NCBI GenBank assembly: GCA_963719315.1
Contig: CAVRBU010000004.1
Coordinates: forward strand, 544,001 to 608,000
Direction of reading: 5' to 3'
DNA length: 64,000 nucleotides
From: an uncultured Planctomycetota bacterium
Lineage (GTDB): Bacteria; Planctomycetota; Planctomycetia; Pirellulales; Lacipirellulaceae
Below the pieces are notes generated by a model, which worked only from the letters and a program-made list of their open reading frames with translations, ran no database searches and was not told where the DNA came from. Below, piece after piece: positions 41,335 to 51,402 of the stretch. How positions within the stretch are numbered: the stretch's first letter is position 1; every line of letters begins with the position of its first letter. Made by a program: the position numbers and the translations under genes.

Positions 41335-41792
41335 GCGGCGGCCTCCCGTCGCGGGATAGCCGGTTCCCAACGCAACGCGTGCGCCGCGTGCAGCATTTCC
41401 AGGATGGCGCCGCTGCCTGCCGCAGAAAGATGCCACAGGTTCCGCCGCCGATCGCCCTCAGCCGGCTGCTGCGCGATCCAACCTCGCAGACGCAATCGCT
41501 CGACCGTGGCACTTACCTGCGCTGGCGAGTAGGCCAATCGGCGGGCCAGCATGGTCTGGTCAAATCCGTCGCCCGCGATTTCGCGCAGGCTCCACAACAC
41601 CTGAAACTCCGGCTCACTGAGCTCGAATCGTGCGCACCACTGCCCGAGCGCGCGGGCAGCTTTTCGCCCGTTCGCGGCTGCGAAACACGCTCGCTCCACG
41701 GCGCTGGTGGATTCGGATTCTGGAATGGGTGCTGTCAACGCTAGCCGTCCCTGGCAAGCAGGCGAAGAAGAAGTCTCAGAATACCGCGGCAA
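41331..41792 (-). CDS. MarR family transcriptional regulator (start uncertain)
   Basis: LSEPEFQVLWSL...QTMLARRL...VERLRLRGWI...DRRRNLWHLS. Confidence 0.85.
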   Translation of the reverse strand: MPRYSETSSSPACQGRLALTAPIPESESTSAVERACFAAANGRKAARALGQWCARFELSEPEFQVLWSLREIAGDGFDQTMLARRLAYSPAQVSATVERLRLRGWIAQQPAEGDRRRNLWHLSAAGSGAILEMLHAAHALRWEPAIPRREAAA

Positions 41793-41934
41793 ATTCAGCC
41801 GATTTGGAATGGTGAATTCAAGTCATTCACGAATGAACAATACATCCCTAAATAATTCGGGATCAAACCGTACAAACTTGAACCATATCGCCGCCAGCAG
41901 CGAGCTTTCAGACTGCAAGATTGTCGCGTTTCAA

Positions 41935-41975
41935 CAAAAAAGGACGGATGCCGCCTCGATGGCAACACCCGTCCT
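41935..41975 (-). terminator. Intrinsic terminator after the Spy/CpxP-like gene
   Basis: AGGACGG...CCGTCCT stem preceded on + by an A6 tract. Confidence 0.65.
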
Positions 41976-42056
41976 CAAATTTTTTCGTAGCGGAATTCGC
42001 AAGAATTCCGACTCGGTGGATGAACGGCTGAAGTCTTGCGACTTCAGCTAATAGAA

Positions 42057-42779
42057 CTAACTATTGGACTTCGATTCTGGATTGCGCTGGCCACGTCCGC
42101 CGCGATTACCGGGTTGACGGCCGCCGCCTCGCAATTGGGACATGTCGATATCGACCTTCTCGCCCTTCATGGCTTCGAGTTGGGCCTGCTGATCGCTCGT
42201 GAGGACCGCCATCAGCTTACTGTTCGATTCTTCGCGGAGCTTCTCCAGTTTCTCACGTGCGCCAGCTTGATCGCGGCCGCCTTGAAACGCCTCGCGCATC
42301 GCCGCACGATTGCTTTCGCGGACCTCATCCATTTTTTTCTTCTGATCGTCGGTGAGGTTCAGCTCTTTCGCAATCGCCGGATCGGCTGCCGCGCCGGCGC
42401 CAGCGACTTGGACAAAAATGCCCATCAACCGCTTTTGCTGGGTCTCGTCCAGCACTTCGTTGATCTGCTTGGTCGTGCTGGCCATCAACTCCTGCATCTT
42501 GTCTCGGCCGCCGCCGTCTTGCATCGCCTTGCGGATGTCCTCTCGCGCCTGATCGTTGATTTTTTCCAATTTGCTCTTTTGATCATCGGTGAGCTTCAGC
42601 GCGTCTTGTACTTCCTTGAGCATCAACAACCGAGTGGAGGACGGCGCACCGCCGAAACCGCCGCCTGCACCCCCGCGTCCGCCGCGGCGCCCTTGCTGCT
42701 GAGCTAGCGAAACCTGTGAAACCATCGCGACGAACGCCAACGCGGCAAGCATCGCCCAGACCGATCTTGAAAAACGCAT
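42057..42779 (-). CDS. Spy/CpxP-like (LTxxQ) periplasmic protein
   Basis: Signal peptide; LKLTDDQK, LNLTDDQK, LTSDQQ motifs. Confidence 0.8.
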   Translation of the reverse strand: MRFSRSVWAMLAALAFVAMVSQVSLAQQQGRRGGRGGAGGGFGGAPSSTRLLMLKEVQDALKLTDDQKSKLEKINDQAREDIRKAMQDGGGRDKMQELMASTTKQINEVLDETQQKRLMGIFVQVAGAGAAADPAIAKELNLTDDQKKKMDEVRESNRAAMREAFQGGRDQAGAREKLEKLREESNSKLMAVLTSDQQAQLEAMKGEKVDIDMSQLRGGGRQPGNRGGRGQRNPESKSNS

Positions 42780-42933
42780 CTTATCTACCCTTTCATTGTG
42801 CAGTGTTGCGCCCATGCGCGGACAGAAAGCCCCACGCCACCAACAGATCAAACCCGCCGGCCAGACGCGGGTTTCGGTCAAAGTGGGCGGTTTTGGGAAA
42901 CGTCCGACAGGCTGGCAGAATAGCGGGTTCTAG

Positions 42934-43026
42934 GTGGCAAGAACGCTCCGAATGCCGTAGCCGACGGGCCAAAACGCAACGCCGCTCGAAAGGGCTGGTA
43001 GACGGCATGCCCAGCATGCCTGCTAC
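42934..43026. repeat. Degenerate GTAG REP doublet overlapping the phoB stop codon
   Basis: GTGGCAAGAACGCTCCGAATGCCGT ... ACGGCATGCCCAGCATGCCTGCTAC. Confidence 0.5.
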
Positions 43027-43724
43027 GACTTCATGCTGGCTGGGTCGCGAAAACGGTAGCCGATGCCCCGCACGGTTTCCACTAGAACGGCATGAAGACC
43101 CATTTTCTTGCGGAGCGAGCGAACGTGCACGTCGATCGTCCGCTCCAGAACGAGAGAATCGCCCCCCAACGCCGAATCGATCAGCTCAGAGCGGGAAAAC
43201 ACCCGGCCCGGCTGCCGCACCAGGGCCGCCAACAGCCCGAATTCGCTCGGCGTCAGGTCCAGCGGCTGCTCCTCGATCGTCACGCGGTGCCGATCGCGAT
43301 CGACCATCACGCCTTGGCTCACCACCACGCTATCGTCGCCATTGTTCCCCTCCCGGCGACGGAGTAGCGCACGAATTCGCTCCAACAGCACCTTTACGCT
43401 GAACGGCTTGGCGACGTAGTCATCTGTGCCGACAGAAAAGCCGACTACCTCGTCGGTCTCTTCCGCCTTAGCTGTGAGCATCAACACGAGTGTGTTGCGA
43501 GTCGCCGGATCGGCTCGGAGCCGACGGCAAACTTCCAGGCCGTCGATCATCGGGAGCATGAGGTCGAGCACGACTAAGTCGGGCCCGCGGACCCGAGCCT
43601 GCCGCAAACCTTCCTGGCCATCGTTGGCCACGGCCGTTTGATAGCCGTCCTGGCGCAGGTTGTATTCCAAGACTTCCGCCAGCGACCGATCATCCTCAAC
43701 GATAAGAATATTACCTTTAGGCAT
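43023..43724 (-). CDS. phoB: Phosphate regulon response regulator
   Basis: OmpR family (LDLMLP, ERTIDVHVRSLRKK, VETVRGIGYR), directly after phoU. Confidence 0.88.
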   Translation of the reverse strand: MPKGNILIVEDDRSLAEVLEYNLRQDGYQTAVANDGQEGLRQARVRGPDLVVLDLMLPMIDGLEVCRRLRADPATRNTLVLMLTAKAEETDEVVGFSVGTDDYVAKPFSVKVLLERIRALLRRREGNNGDDSVVVSQGVMVDRDRHRVTIEEQPLDLTPSEFGLLAALVRQPGRVFSRSELIDSALGGDSLVLERTIDVHVRSLRKKMGLHAVLVETVRGIGYRFRDPASMKS

Positions 43725-43737
43725 AACGGCAATGCAA

Positions 43738-44415
43738 TTACTTGGGGGACGTATTCAGATTATCAAGGTGATGCCGAGCGATTTCGCCTTCGACCAGGTA
43801 GATCACATCCTCGGCGATGTTCGTGGCACAGTCGCCGATCCGCTCCACGTGGCGGCAGACCGAGAAGAAATGCAGCGCCGCCTCGACCAACTCCGGCCGC
43901 GAGCGCATGATCTCGAGCAGGTCGTCGATGACGCGCCGGTTGTATTCGTCCACTTCGTCATCGCGCCGGCACACCTCGCGGGCCACGTCGACATTCTGAT
44001 CCACAAACGCATCCAGCGCTTCGTGCACCATGTCCGACGCTCGGTCGAACATCCGCTCGAGCTTGGCTGGAATCTCGAACTCCGGATACTCGGTTAGCGA
44101 AATCGTCCGCTCCGCGATGTTCACGGCAAGGTCGGCGATTCGCTCGAGCTCGGTGTTGATCTTGAGAACCGTCGCGGTCCGGCGCAGGTCGACCGCCACC
44201 GGCTGATGCAGCGCGAGAATCTTGAGGCACTCCTCTTCGATCTTCACCTCGCGGACATTGATGCCGATTTCGCTGGCCGCGACTTCGGTCGCGAGATCGC
44301 CGCGACGCTCAAGCAGCGCCTGGCACGCCTTTGCGATCATCTCCTCGACCCGCGACGACTGGTCGAGGATTTCGCGCTCCAGGGTCTCTAAATCGCGTTC
44401 CAAATGCTTTGACAT
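43738..44415 (-). CDS. phoU: Phosphate signalling protein PhoU
   Basis: LALHQPVAVDLR, ELERIADLAVNIA, ERIGDCATNIAE. Confidence 0.96.
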   Translation of the reverse strand: MSKHLERDLETLEREILDQSSRVEEMIAKACQALLERRGDLATEVAASEIGINVREVKIEEECLKILALHQPVAVDLRRTATVLKINTELERIADLAVNIAERTISLTEYPEFEIPAKLERMFDRASDMVHEALDAFVDQNVDVAREVCRRDDEVDEYNRRVIDDLLEIMRSRPELVEAALHFFSVCRHVERIGDCATNIAEDVIYLVEGEIARHHLDNLNTSPK

Positions 44416-44509
44416 AGTGATGTGGTGGGTGGGCAAGTGGGTGAGTGCGTAGGTGAGCAGGTGTCGAAATGCAATCCCTACTCACCTACTCGCCCACTCT
44501 CACCTGCCC
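44416..44509. repeat. Empty inverted octamer hairpin filling the pstB-phoU gap
   Basis: GTGGGTGA/GTAGGTGA/GCAGGTG arm vs CCTACTCA/CCTACTCG/CCCACTC/CACCTGC arm. Confidence 0.75.
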
Positions 44510-45379
44510 CTATCCAAACCGCCCCGTAATGTAATCTTCCGTCTGCTTGCGAGTCGGGTTCGTGAACAGCTCGTTCGTGGAACCCGCCTCGATTAGTTCA
44601 CCCTGGTAGAAAAACGCGGTCCGATCGGAAACCCGGGCCGCTTGTTGCATGTTATGCGTCACGATCACGATCGTGTACCGGTCCCGCAACTCGAAGATCA
44701 AATCCTCGATGCGCGAAGTCGAGGACGGATCGAGCGCCGACGCAGGCTCGTCCATCAGCAACACGTCCGGATTGGTCGCCAGGGCCCGCGCGATACAAAG
44801 CCGTTGCTGCTGCCCACCCGATAGTTGCAGCGCCGACTCATCCAGCCGGTCCTTGACTTCCTCCCACAACGCGGCCCGAGTCAGCGACTTCTCGACAATC
44901 TCATACAGTGCCGCCTTCTGCCGGACGCCGGCCACACGCGGCCCGTACACCACGTTCTCGAAGATCGACTTGGGAAACGGATTCGATTTCTGAAAGACCA
45001 TGCCGACCCGCTTGCGCAGTTCGACAACGTCCACTTTCGGACCCAAAATATCGCCGCCGTCGAGCAGGACATCGCCCTCGACCCGCGTTCCGTCGATCAA
45101 GTCGTTCATTCGGTTAAGGCAACGCAAGAACGTGCTCTTGCCGCAACCCGAAGGGCCAATGAAAGCCGTAACGCAGTGTTCCGGAATCAACAGCGAAACG
45201 TCGGCCAGCGCCTGCTTCGCACCGTAATAAAAATTGAGGTGCGTCACCGAGATCTTCGGCGTGCGGCGCTCCAATTCATCGGCCGTGCGCGGGGCGTTCT
45301 CGGGGAAAAGATGGTGGCCGCACTGCCATAATTGGTCGTTTAACGGGTGTGTCTTGCATGACTTGGCGCTCTTCAGCAC
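44510..45379 (-). CDS. pstB: Phosphate ABC transporter ATPase (start uncertain)
   Basis: [47 protein letters not shown]. Confidence 0.97.
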   Translation of the reverse strand: MLKSAKSCKTHPLNDQLWQCGHHLFPENAPRTADELERRTPKISVTHLNFYYGAKQALADVSLLIPEHCVTAFIGPSGCGKSTFLRCLNRMNDLIDGTRVEGDVLLDGGDILGPKVDVVELRKRVGMVFQKSNPFPKSIFENVVYGPRVAGVRQKAALYEIVEKSLTRAALWEEVKDRLDESALQLSGGQQQRLCIARALATNPDVLLMDEPASALDPSSTSRIEDLIFELRDRYTIVIVTHNMQQAARVSDRTAFFYQGELIEAGSTNELFTNPTRKQTEDYITGRFG

Positions 45380-45394
45380 ACGAGACGAGTTCGC

Positions 45395-46309
45395 TCAGGC
45401 CTGGGCGGGCTGGTCGCGTTGTATATTGTACACGGTCAACCGCAACGCAAGATTTAACGCAAACACCAATCCGATAAGCAGCAACATGCCGGCCCATGCC
45501 AGGTTCTGCTCGGCCTGATCCGGACCTGTAGCATACACGAAAATCTGAACCGTCAGCGACGGGAACGGCTGCGACGGATTAAGCGTCAACAACCGTGAGC
45601 CGAGTGCCGTGAACAGCAGCGGCGCCGTCTCGCCGGCCACCCGGGCAATCGCGAGCATGATGCCGGTAATGATGCTGCCGCTCGCGGCGGGCAGCACCAC
45701 TTGCAGAATCGTGCGGGCTTTCGTCGCGCCGAGCGCGATCGACGCATCGCGGTAACTGTTGGGCACTAGCCGCAGCATTTCTTCGGTCGTGCGGGCGACG
45801 ATCGGAATCATGATGAACGCCAACGCACACGCGCCTGCGTAACCGTTAAAACTTCCCATCGGCACGACCACAAGCTCGTAACCGAGGATGCCCACAACGA
45901 TCGACGGCACGCCGGTTAGCACGTCCGCAATGAACCTCATAGGTGCAGCGAGCCACGAGCGCGCCGAGTATTCGGAAAGATAGATACCCGCCAGCATGCC
46001 GATCGGAATGCCAACGAGGCTCGCCAGACCGATCAGAATTCCCGTTCCCACCAGGGCGTTCTTTAAACCGCCGGGCGCACCGTCCATACCGGTCGGAATA
46101 GGCACTTCCGTGAAAATATCCCAGCTTAGGTATCGCAGGCCTTTGCTCAAAAGATAAAACGTAACGCACGCCAACAGCCCCAAAATGCAGACCGTGAACA
46201 GCACGCACAAGATCTTCATCAAGGCGGATTGAATCGTTACGAGCCGCCGGTAAAGCGGACGTCCGATTCGTGTAGCCTGGGTTAGTGACGGGGCCATACG
46301 TGAATCCAC
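45395..46309 (-). CDS. pstA: Phosphate ABC transporter permease
   Basis: GVPSIVVG, ARVAGETAPLLFT. Confidence 0.95.
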   Translation of the reverse strand: MDSRMAPSLTQATRIGRPLYRRLVTIQSALMKILCVLFTVCILGLLACVTFYLLSKGLRYLSWDIFTEVPIPTGMDGAPGGLKNALVGTGILIGLASLVGIPIGMLAGIYLSEYSARSWLAAPMRFIADVLTGVPSIVVGILGYELVVVPMGSFNGYAGACALAFIMIPIVARTTEEMLRLVPNSYRDASIALGATKARTILQVVLPAASGSIITGIMLAIARVAGETAPLLFTALGSRLLTLNPSQPFPSLTVQIFVYATGPDQAEQNLAWAGMLLLIGLVFALNLALRLTVYNIQRDQPAQA

Positions 46310-46313
46310 TCAA

Positions 46314-47440
46314 CTAATGCGCCGCCGCGGTGCGGGCGCTACCGCCCACGACCAGCCGGCGGGCCGTAACATTGAACAACAACGACATCAGCAGCAAAAT
46401 CAACGCCACCTCAGACAATGCGGCGCGGTGCAGCGGCGAGCTGGCCTCGGCAAACTCATTGGCTAACAAGCTGGCCATCGTCTGGGCCGGCGCGAACGGT
46501 GATGCGCTGATCCGGTTCGCGTTGCCAATCACCATTGTAATCGCCATCGTTTCACCGGCCGCCCGCGCCAGGCCGAGCATCACGGCCCCGAACAGGGCCG
46601 AGCGCGCGTATTGCAGCATCTCCCACGAGCTTTGCCACCACGTGGCGCCGAGGGCCAAAGTCCCCTCGATCTGGCGCGCGGGACCGTCTTGAGCACGTCG
46701 CGGCTGATCGCGGTAATGATCGGCAAAATCATGATCGAAAGCACCAGTCCGCCGCAAAACATGTCGCGACCCGTCAGCGGCAGCATGCGGCTCAGGATCT
46801 GGTCGCCGCGGGTCGATGTTTCGGTGAACAGCCAGGCGCTCGCGCCGGGAACCCAGCCGAGTCCAGTCCGCAGCGCCGGCTCGACGTAATGCTGCAAAAA
46901 CGGCGCAAGCACGAACAGCCCCCACATGCCGTAGGCAATGGAAGGGATTGCAGCTAGAAACTCGACCAAAAACGACACCGGCCCCGCCAACCACCGCGGG
47001 CTCACTCTCACCAGAAATAACGCCGTACCCAAGCTCAGCGGCACCGCAAACAGAAGTGCGAGCAATGAGCTAACGGCCGTGCCGTAGATCGCCGGCAAAG
47101 CGCCGAACGCTGGCGGACTGGTTTTCATCACCACTTCGCCGTCTTCCACGATCACGTGCCCGGCCGCATCGCGAGCCGGGGCGCTCAATTCGTTCGGCCG
47201 CCATTCGGAGGTGAACAAGAACTTCCAGCCGAATGTGTGCATGCTCGGCCAGGCGGCATAGGCGAGCACCGAGAGCAGCACGACCAGCATCGCAATGATG
47301 GTGACGGCCCCCAGTCGCGACAAGAATTCGAGGACCATGTCGCCGCTGATTCCGCGGCGCTCTCGCACCAGCGAGCGCACGGGCACACCGGCCGGCGGAA
47401 CCCCGGCGCCTGAGACATTGACGTGACTCGCTGGCGACAT
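46314..47440 (-). CDS. pstC: Phosphate ABC transporter permease; 1-nt frameshift at ~46673
   Basis: EFLAAIPSIAYGMWG, MILPIITAISRD then shifted frame QIEGTLALGATWWQ...GETMAITMVIG. Confidence 0.93.
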
Positions 47441-47468
47441 CGATTTCAGTCCGATTGCTGACGCAGCA

Positions 47469-48560
47469 TTACTTGCCGATCGTGAGCGCCTCGCCTCGAT
47501 ACGTGATGGTTTTGAGCGCTTCTTCGACCTTCTCTTGCACCTCTGGAGCTAGCGGTGCGTAACCCAGTTCCGCCGCGAACTTTTGCCCGTCGTGAGTCGC
47601 CCACCAGAGAAAGCTCAGCAAATCTTGCGCGGCTTCCTTATTGGCCAGGTTCTTCAAATCCTTGTAGACGATCAAATACGTAAACGACGCAATCGGATAT
47701 GCCTCTTCGCCGGGTTGATTCCAGATGTCAGCCGCTAGGATCTGGCCGCTGTTGCCGAAATCTGCCCCAATACCAGCTTTGGAAACCGATTCCGCCGTCG
47801 CTTCGACAAATTTCCCGTTTTTGTTCTTCACTTGTCCGTGCAACAAGTGATTGTTGTCGGCGTAACTCTGCTCGACGTATCCCAATCCACCCGCAGTCTG
47901 TTGCACGACGGCCGTCACGCCCTCATTACCCTTACCACCTTGACCGAAAGGCCACTGAACTTGTTTGCCCGTGCCAATCGTGGCGACGAATGGTTCCGAT
48001 TGCGTGGCTAGATAGTTCGTGAATATGAAGTTCGTGCCCGAACCGTCGGTGCGCCACACCGGGGTAATCGCCAAATCCGGAGGGGCAACGCCGGGGTTCA
48101 AGGCGGCGATGGCAGGGTCGTTCCAATGGCTCACTTTGCCCAGATAAATATCCGCCAGCAGGGCGCCCGTAAACTTAAGCGGTATTTTGACATCGCCCAC
48201 GTTGTAAATGGGCACCACACCTCCGGCGCAGGAAGGAAACTCAACGATGTTCGCTTCCCCGCCGGCGCCTTCCAGTTCTTTTTTGTTCATCGGCGCATCG
48301 GAAGCGCAGAACTGCACTGTCTTATCGGTGATCGCCCGAATGCCGCCGCCGGAGCCGATGGATTGATAGTCAATTAACACGCCCGGGTGCTGCTGCTGGT
48401 AGACGACAACGAGGCGCTTGTAGAAGGGCGCCGGAAAAGTTGCGCCGGCCCCCTGCAGCCGCGTCTTCGCTCCCGCCGTACCAGCCGGATTCGACTGTAC
48501 GCACCCGCTTACAACCACCACGCCAACGATGATCGCGACCGATATAGATTGGTTCATCAA
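47469..48560 (-). CDS. pstS: Phosphate-binding lipoprotein
   Basis: GAGATFPAP, YQSIGSGGG, RTDGSGTNFIFT, GKGNEGV. Confidence 0.97.
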   Translation of the reverse strand: MMNQSISVAIIVGVVVVSGCVQSNPAGTAGAKTRLQGAGATFPAPFYKRLVVVYQQQHPGVLIDYQSIGSGGGIRAITDKTVQFCASDAPMNKKELEGAGGEANIVEFPSCAGGVVPIYNVGDVKIPLKFTGALLADIYLGKVSHWNDPAIAALNPGVAPPDLAITPVWRTDGSGTNFIFTNYLATQSEPFVATIGTGKQVQWPFGQGGKGNEGVTAVVQQTAGGLGYVEQSYADNNHLLHGQVKNKNGKFVEATAESVSKAGIGADFGNSGQILAADIWNQPGEEAYPIASFTYLIVYKDLKNLANKEAAQDLLSFLWWATHDGQKFAAELGYAPLAPEVQEKVEEALKTITYRGEALTIGK

Positions 48561-48617
48561 ATCGCTACCTGAATCAAAGCTGCTCCCCGATCCACCGTGA
48601 ACTGCAATACGAATGCA

Positions 48618-48857
48618 GTGTCATCGCTTGACTTACGGATTAGCCGCAGGGCGCTAGCCCACGGTTGGAGCGACAATAACCGTTGGTGGCGTCCTAATTT
48701 GCGGCACAACAACCTGGTAGCACGGACTTCAGTCCGTGATTCTCGTACGGACTGAAGTCCGTGCTACAAAGTTCCGGTCCGAACGGTGCCAAGTTAGGAC
48801 ACCACCTAACTCTAACCTGATCTGTCCAAGCCCCATTTCAAGTTATTGACAAAACAC
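48618..48857. mobile_element. Family A MITE interrupted by a family B MITE (48685..48806)
   Basis: GATTAGCCGCAGGGCGCTAGCCCACGGTT left core, then GGTGGCGTCCTAATTT...AAGTTAGGACACCACC, then CTGATCTGTC...TTGACAAAACAC-TA end. Confidence 0.8.
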
Positions 48858-48866
48858 TAATGCAGT

Positions 48867-48899
48867 AGCCTAAGGGAGAATTGTGAAGAGCGTGTTAAG
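48867..48899 (-). promoter_or_regulatory. Candidate Pho box and -10 element for pstS
   Basis: Minus strand CTTAACA-CGCT-CTTCACA (11-bp period), 9 nt, then TAGGCT. Confidence 0.55.
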
Positions 48900-49083
48900 A
48901 ATATGCGAAAATGAGTTTGAGGGAGGCCTCTCCGAGGCCGATGCCGCGTTACGATTTGCCTGCCCGATCGGCGTCAGAAACGCCCCCACAGGCTTATTTG
49001 CCAGGCAGCCAGCAAAAGATTGAATGCGGCGGGCACTTGCGCACCGATCCCCCAACATCATGCGGCGGTATTGCAGTCCACGA

Positions 49084-50992
49084 TCATCCGGTCGACGATC
49101 GTGACCCCCCGTTCCGCAACTTGCGGGCTGCGGCGCCAAACCGAATCGTCGGCGCCGTGCGCCGGTGCTGCTCCGCGGTACGGCGGAAGGAATGGACGAT
49201 ATCGCTCCGCGTTAAGATGCCGACCAGCCGCGGCGGCTTGTCGTGCGTCATCACCGGCAACCGGCCGATGTCGTGATTGGCCATGTGCTCGACGGCCTGC
49301 CGCACACTCGTATCCTCGTACACGAACTTCGGTGGGCGTCGCACGAGATCGCGAACGGTCGCCGTGGCCGGCGCTTTCGGATCCATGAGGTCTCGATGGG
49401 TCAGCACACCGACGAGCACTTGCTTTGCGTCCAGTACGGGAAATCCCTGGTGATGACTGTCCGCTGTCTCCTTCGACAGCCATTCGCGAACCTGCTCCAC
49501 GCGATCGTCCGCCGCGAGCGCCACCACATTCATCGTCGCAAATTCGCGGACCAGAATCTGATCGAGCAAGTCTGCCACGTACTCCCGCGGTGGCCGAATG
49601 CCGCGGCGCGCGATCTTCTCCGTCATCAGCGTATTCCGCATCAACAAGCACGAAATGAGGTACGACGTGGTGCAGCCCACCAGCAGCGGCAACAAACCCA
49701 TGGGCTCAAGCGTGGTTTCGAACGCGAAGACGGCCGACGCCATGAACGCCCGCGACGCCCCGCCGAACATTGCCGCCATCCCCACCAGCGCGGCCACCCG
49801 CGCATCGACGCCCAACCCGGGCCAAATCGCCACCACGGCGCTGCCGATCGCCAGTCCAAACGCGCTGCCGATCGTACACAACGGCGCAAGCGTACCGCCC
49901 GATGTGCCGCTCGACAGCGATATCGCCCACGAAACAAGCTTCAATACGCCCAGCGCCAGCGCCGCCGTGGCAACAGTATTTCCTGAGAGACTATTGGTGA
50001 TATTGTAATAGCCGACACCAAACGTCTTCGGCTCGAAGTATCCGACGACGCCCACGGCCACGGCGCCGATAGCCGGCCACCACATCCAATGCAGCGGGAG
50101 CCGCTCTTCGAAACCGTCTTCGAGCATGTAGATCAAGCGGGTGGTCAGCACCGCCAAACCGCCCATCACGCAGCCGAGCACTGCGTAGAAGACCAGCGCT
50201 GAGAGACGCCGCTGCGACGTGTGGCATCGCGAACATGCCCTGCGCTCCCTCCAAGGCGACGTGAATCCCGGCCGCCGTCGCGCTGGCAAGCGCCACCGGA
50301 ATAATCGACGCCGCTCGATATTCGAACAGCAGCAGCTCGATCGCCAGCAGCACGGCCGAGACCGGGCTATCGAACGTGGCCGCCATGCCGGCCGCCGCTC
50401 CGGCCGCAAGCAGCGTCTTCCGCTCTTGCGCCGTTGTGCTGAGTATTTGCCCGAACAGCGAACCGAGCGCGCCCCCAGTCGCGATGATCGGCCCTTCCGC
50501 GCCGAATGGGCCGCCCGTTCCAATTGCCACGGCGGCCGACAACGGCTTCAAGAACGTCACCCGCGCCGGAATCCGGCTTTCATTACTCAGAACCTGGTCC
50601 ATCGCTTCGGGAATGCCGTGGCCGCGGATCGCCTTCGACCCGTACCGCGCCATGAGGCCGACGATCAGCCCGCCCACGATTGGCACACCGATCACCCACA
50701 GGCCGAGTTGGTTCTCCGACGGAGAGACGACCTCCAGCGAGAAGCGCTGAAAGAACGCCATGTTCGTAAACAGCGCAATCAGCCGCACGAACGCTATCGA
50801 AACCCCCGCCGCGGCCACTCCAATCAGCACCGCTATCAGCGATATCTGGATAACCCGCCCGTCCACGAGCGCCGCTTCGGTTGGCACTTGGGCGGCATCC
50901 GTCACCAATTCGAGCGCGGGGGAAACCGGCAAGCCGTCCCCCTTCCCGGGAAGCGGCTTGCCCTCAAGTATTAGTTCTGCGTCAGTCGACAT
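49084..50992 (-). CDS. ClC-family anion channel/transporter with C-terminal CBS pair; frameshift at ~50205
   Basis: GHGIPE, GAEGP, GVGY, SGGTLAP; CBS motifs HQGFPV and IGRLPV...GILTRSD. Confidence 0.9.
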
Positions 50993-51131
50993 AGGGGCCA
51001 AATCAGGCCGGCCGATAAAAAAATGACGGCCGACCGAGTTTCGCCATCATAGTCAAATCCCGTCCGCCAATCGAGTGGAAAAATTCTCGCCCCTCCGGCA
51101 AGCATGCAGACCCCTCCGCCGCCGATCGGTG

Positions 51132-51258
51132 GTGCGTTGTCAAAGCGAACGATCGGAGTTTGACAGATCAGCCGCAGGGCGCTAGCCCACGGTTGGAATG
51201 GCAAAACCGGGGGCTAGCGCCCTGCGGCTCATCCGAAAATCAAGCGTTGACGCAGCAC
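51132..51258. mobile_element. Family A MITE (127 bp), inverted relative to the 20342 copy
   Basis: TIR GTGCGTTGTCAA / TTGACGCAGCAC-TAG; core AGCCGCAGGGCGCTAGCCC...GGGCTAGCGCCCTGCGGCT. Confidence 0.8.
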
Positions 51259-51402
51259 TAGCGACAACTCGCGAGCCTTGCCGCCGGTTGCCCAAAGCCC
51301 GATTTCCAGGCAAGATGGTCTGCATCCGAACGCCCTTCATTTAAGTCCGGTCGAAGCCTCTACTGGGCTCGAACAATAATTCTAAGCGAGGTGACAGGCA
51401 AC

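Noticed and set aside
50993..51130. Fluoride riboswitch / CLC-F exporter
   Set aside because: The protein lacks the CLC-F GNNLI/GREGT motifs, and I see no riboswitch consensus.
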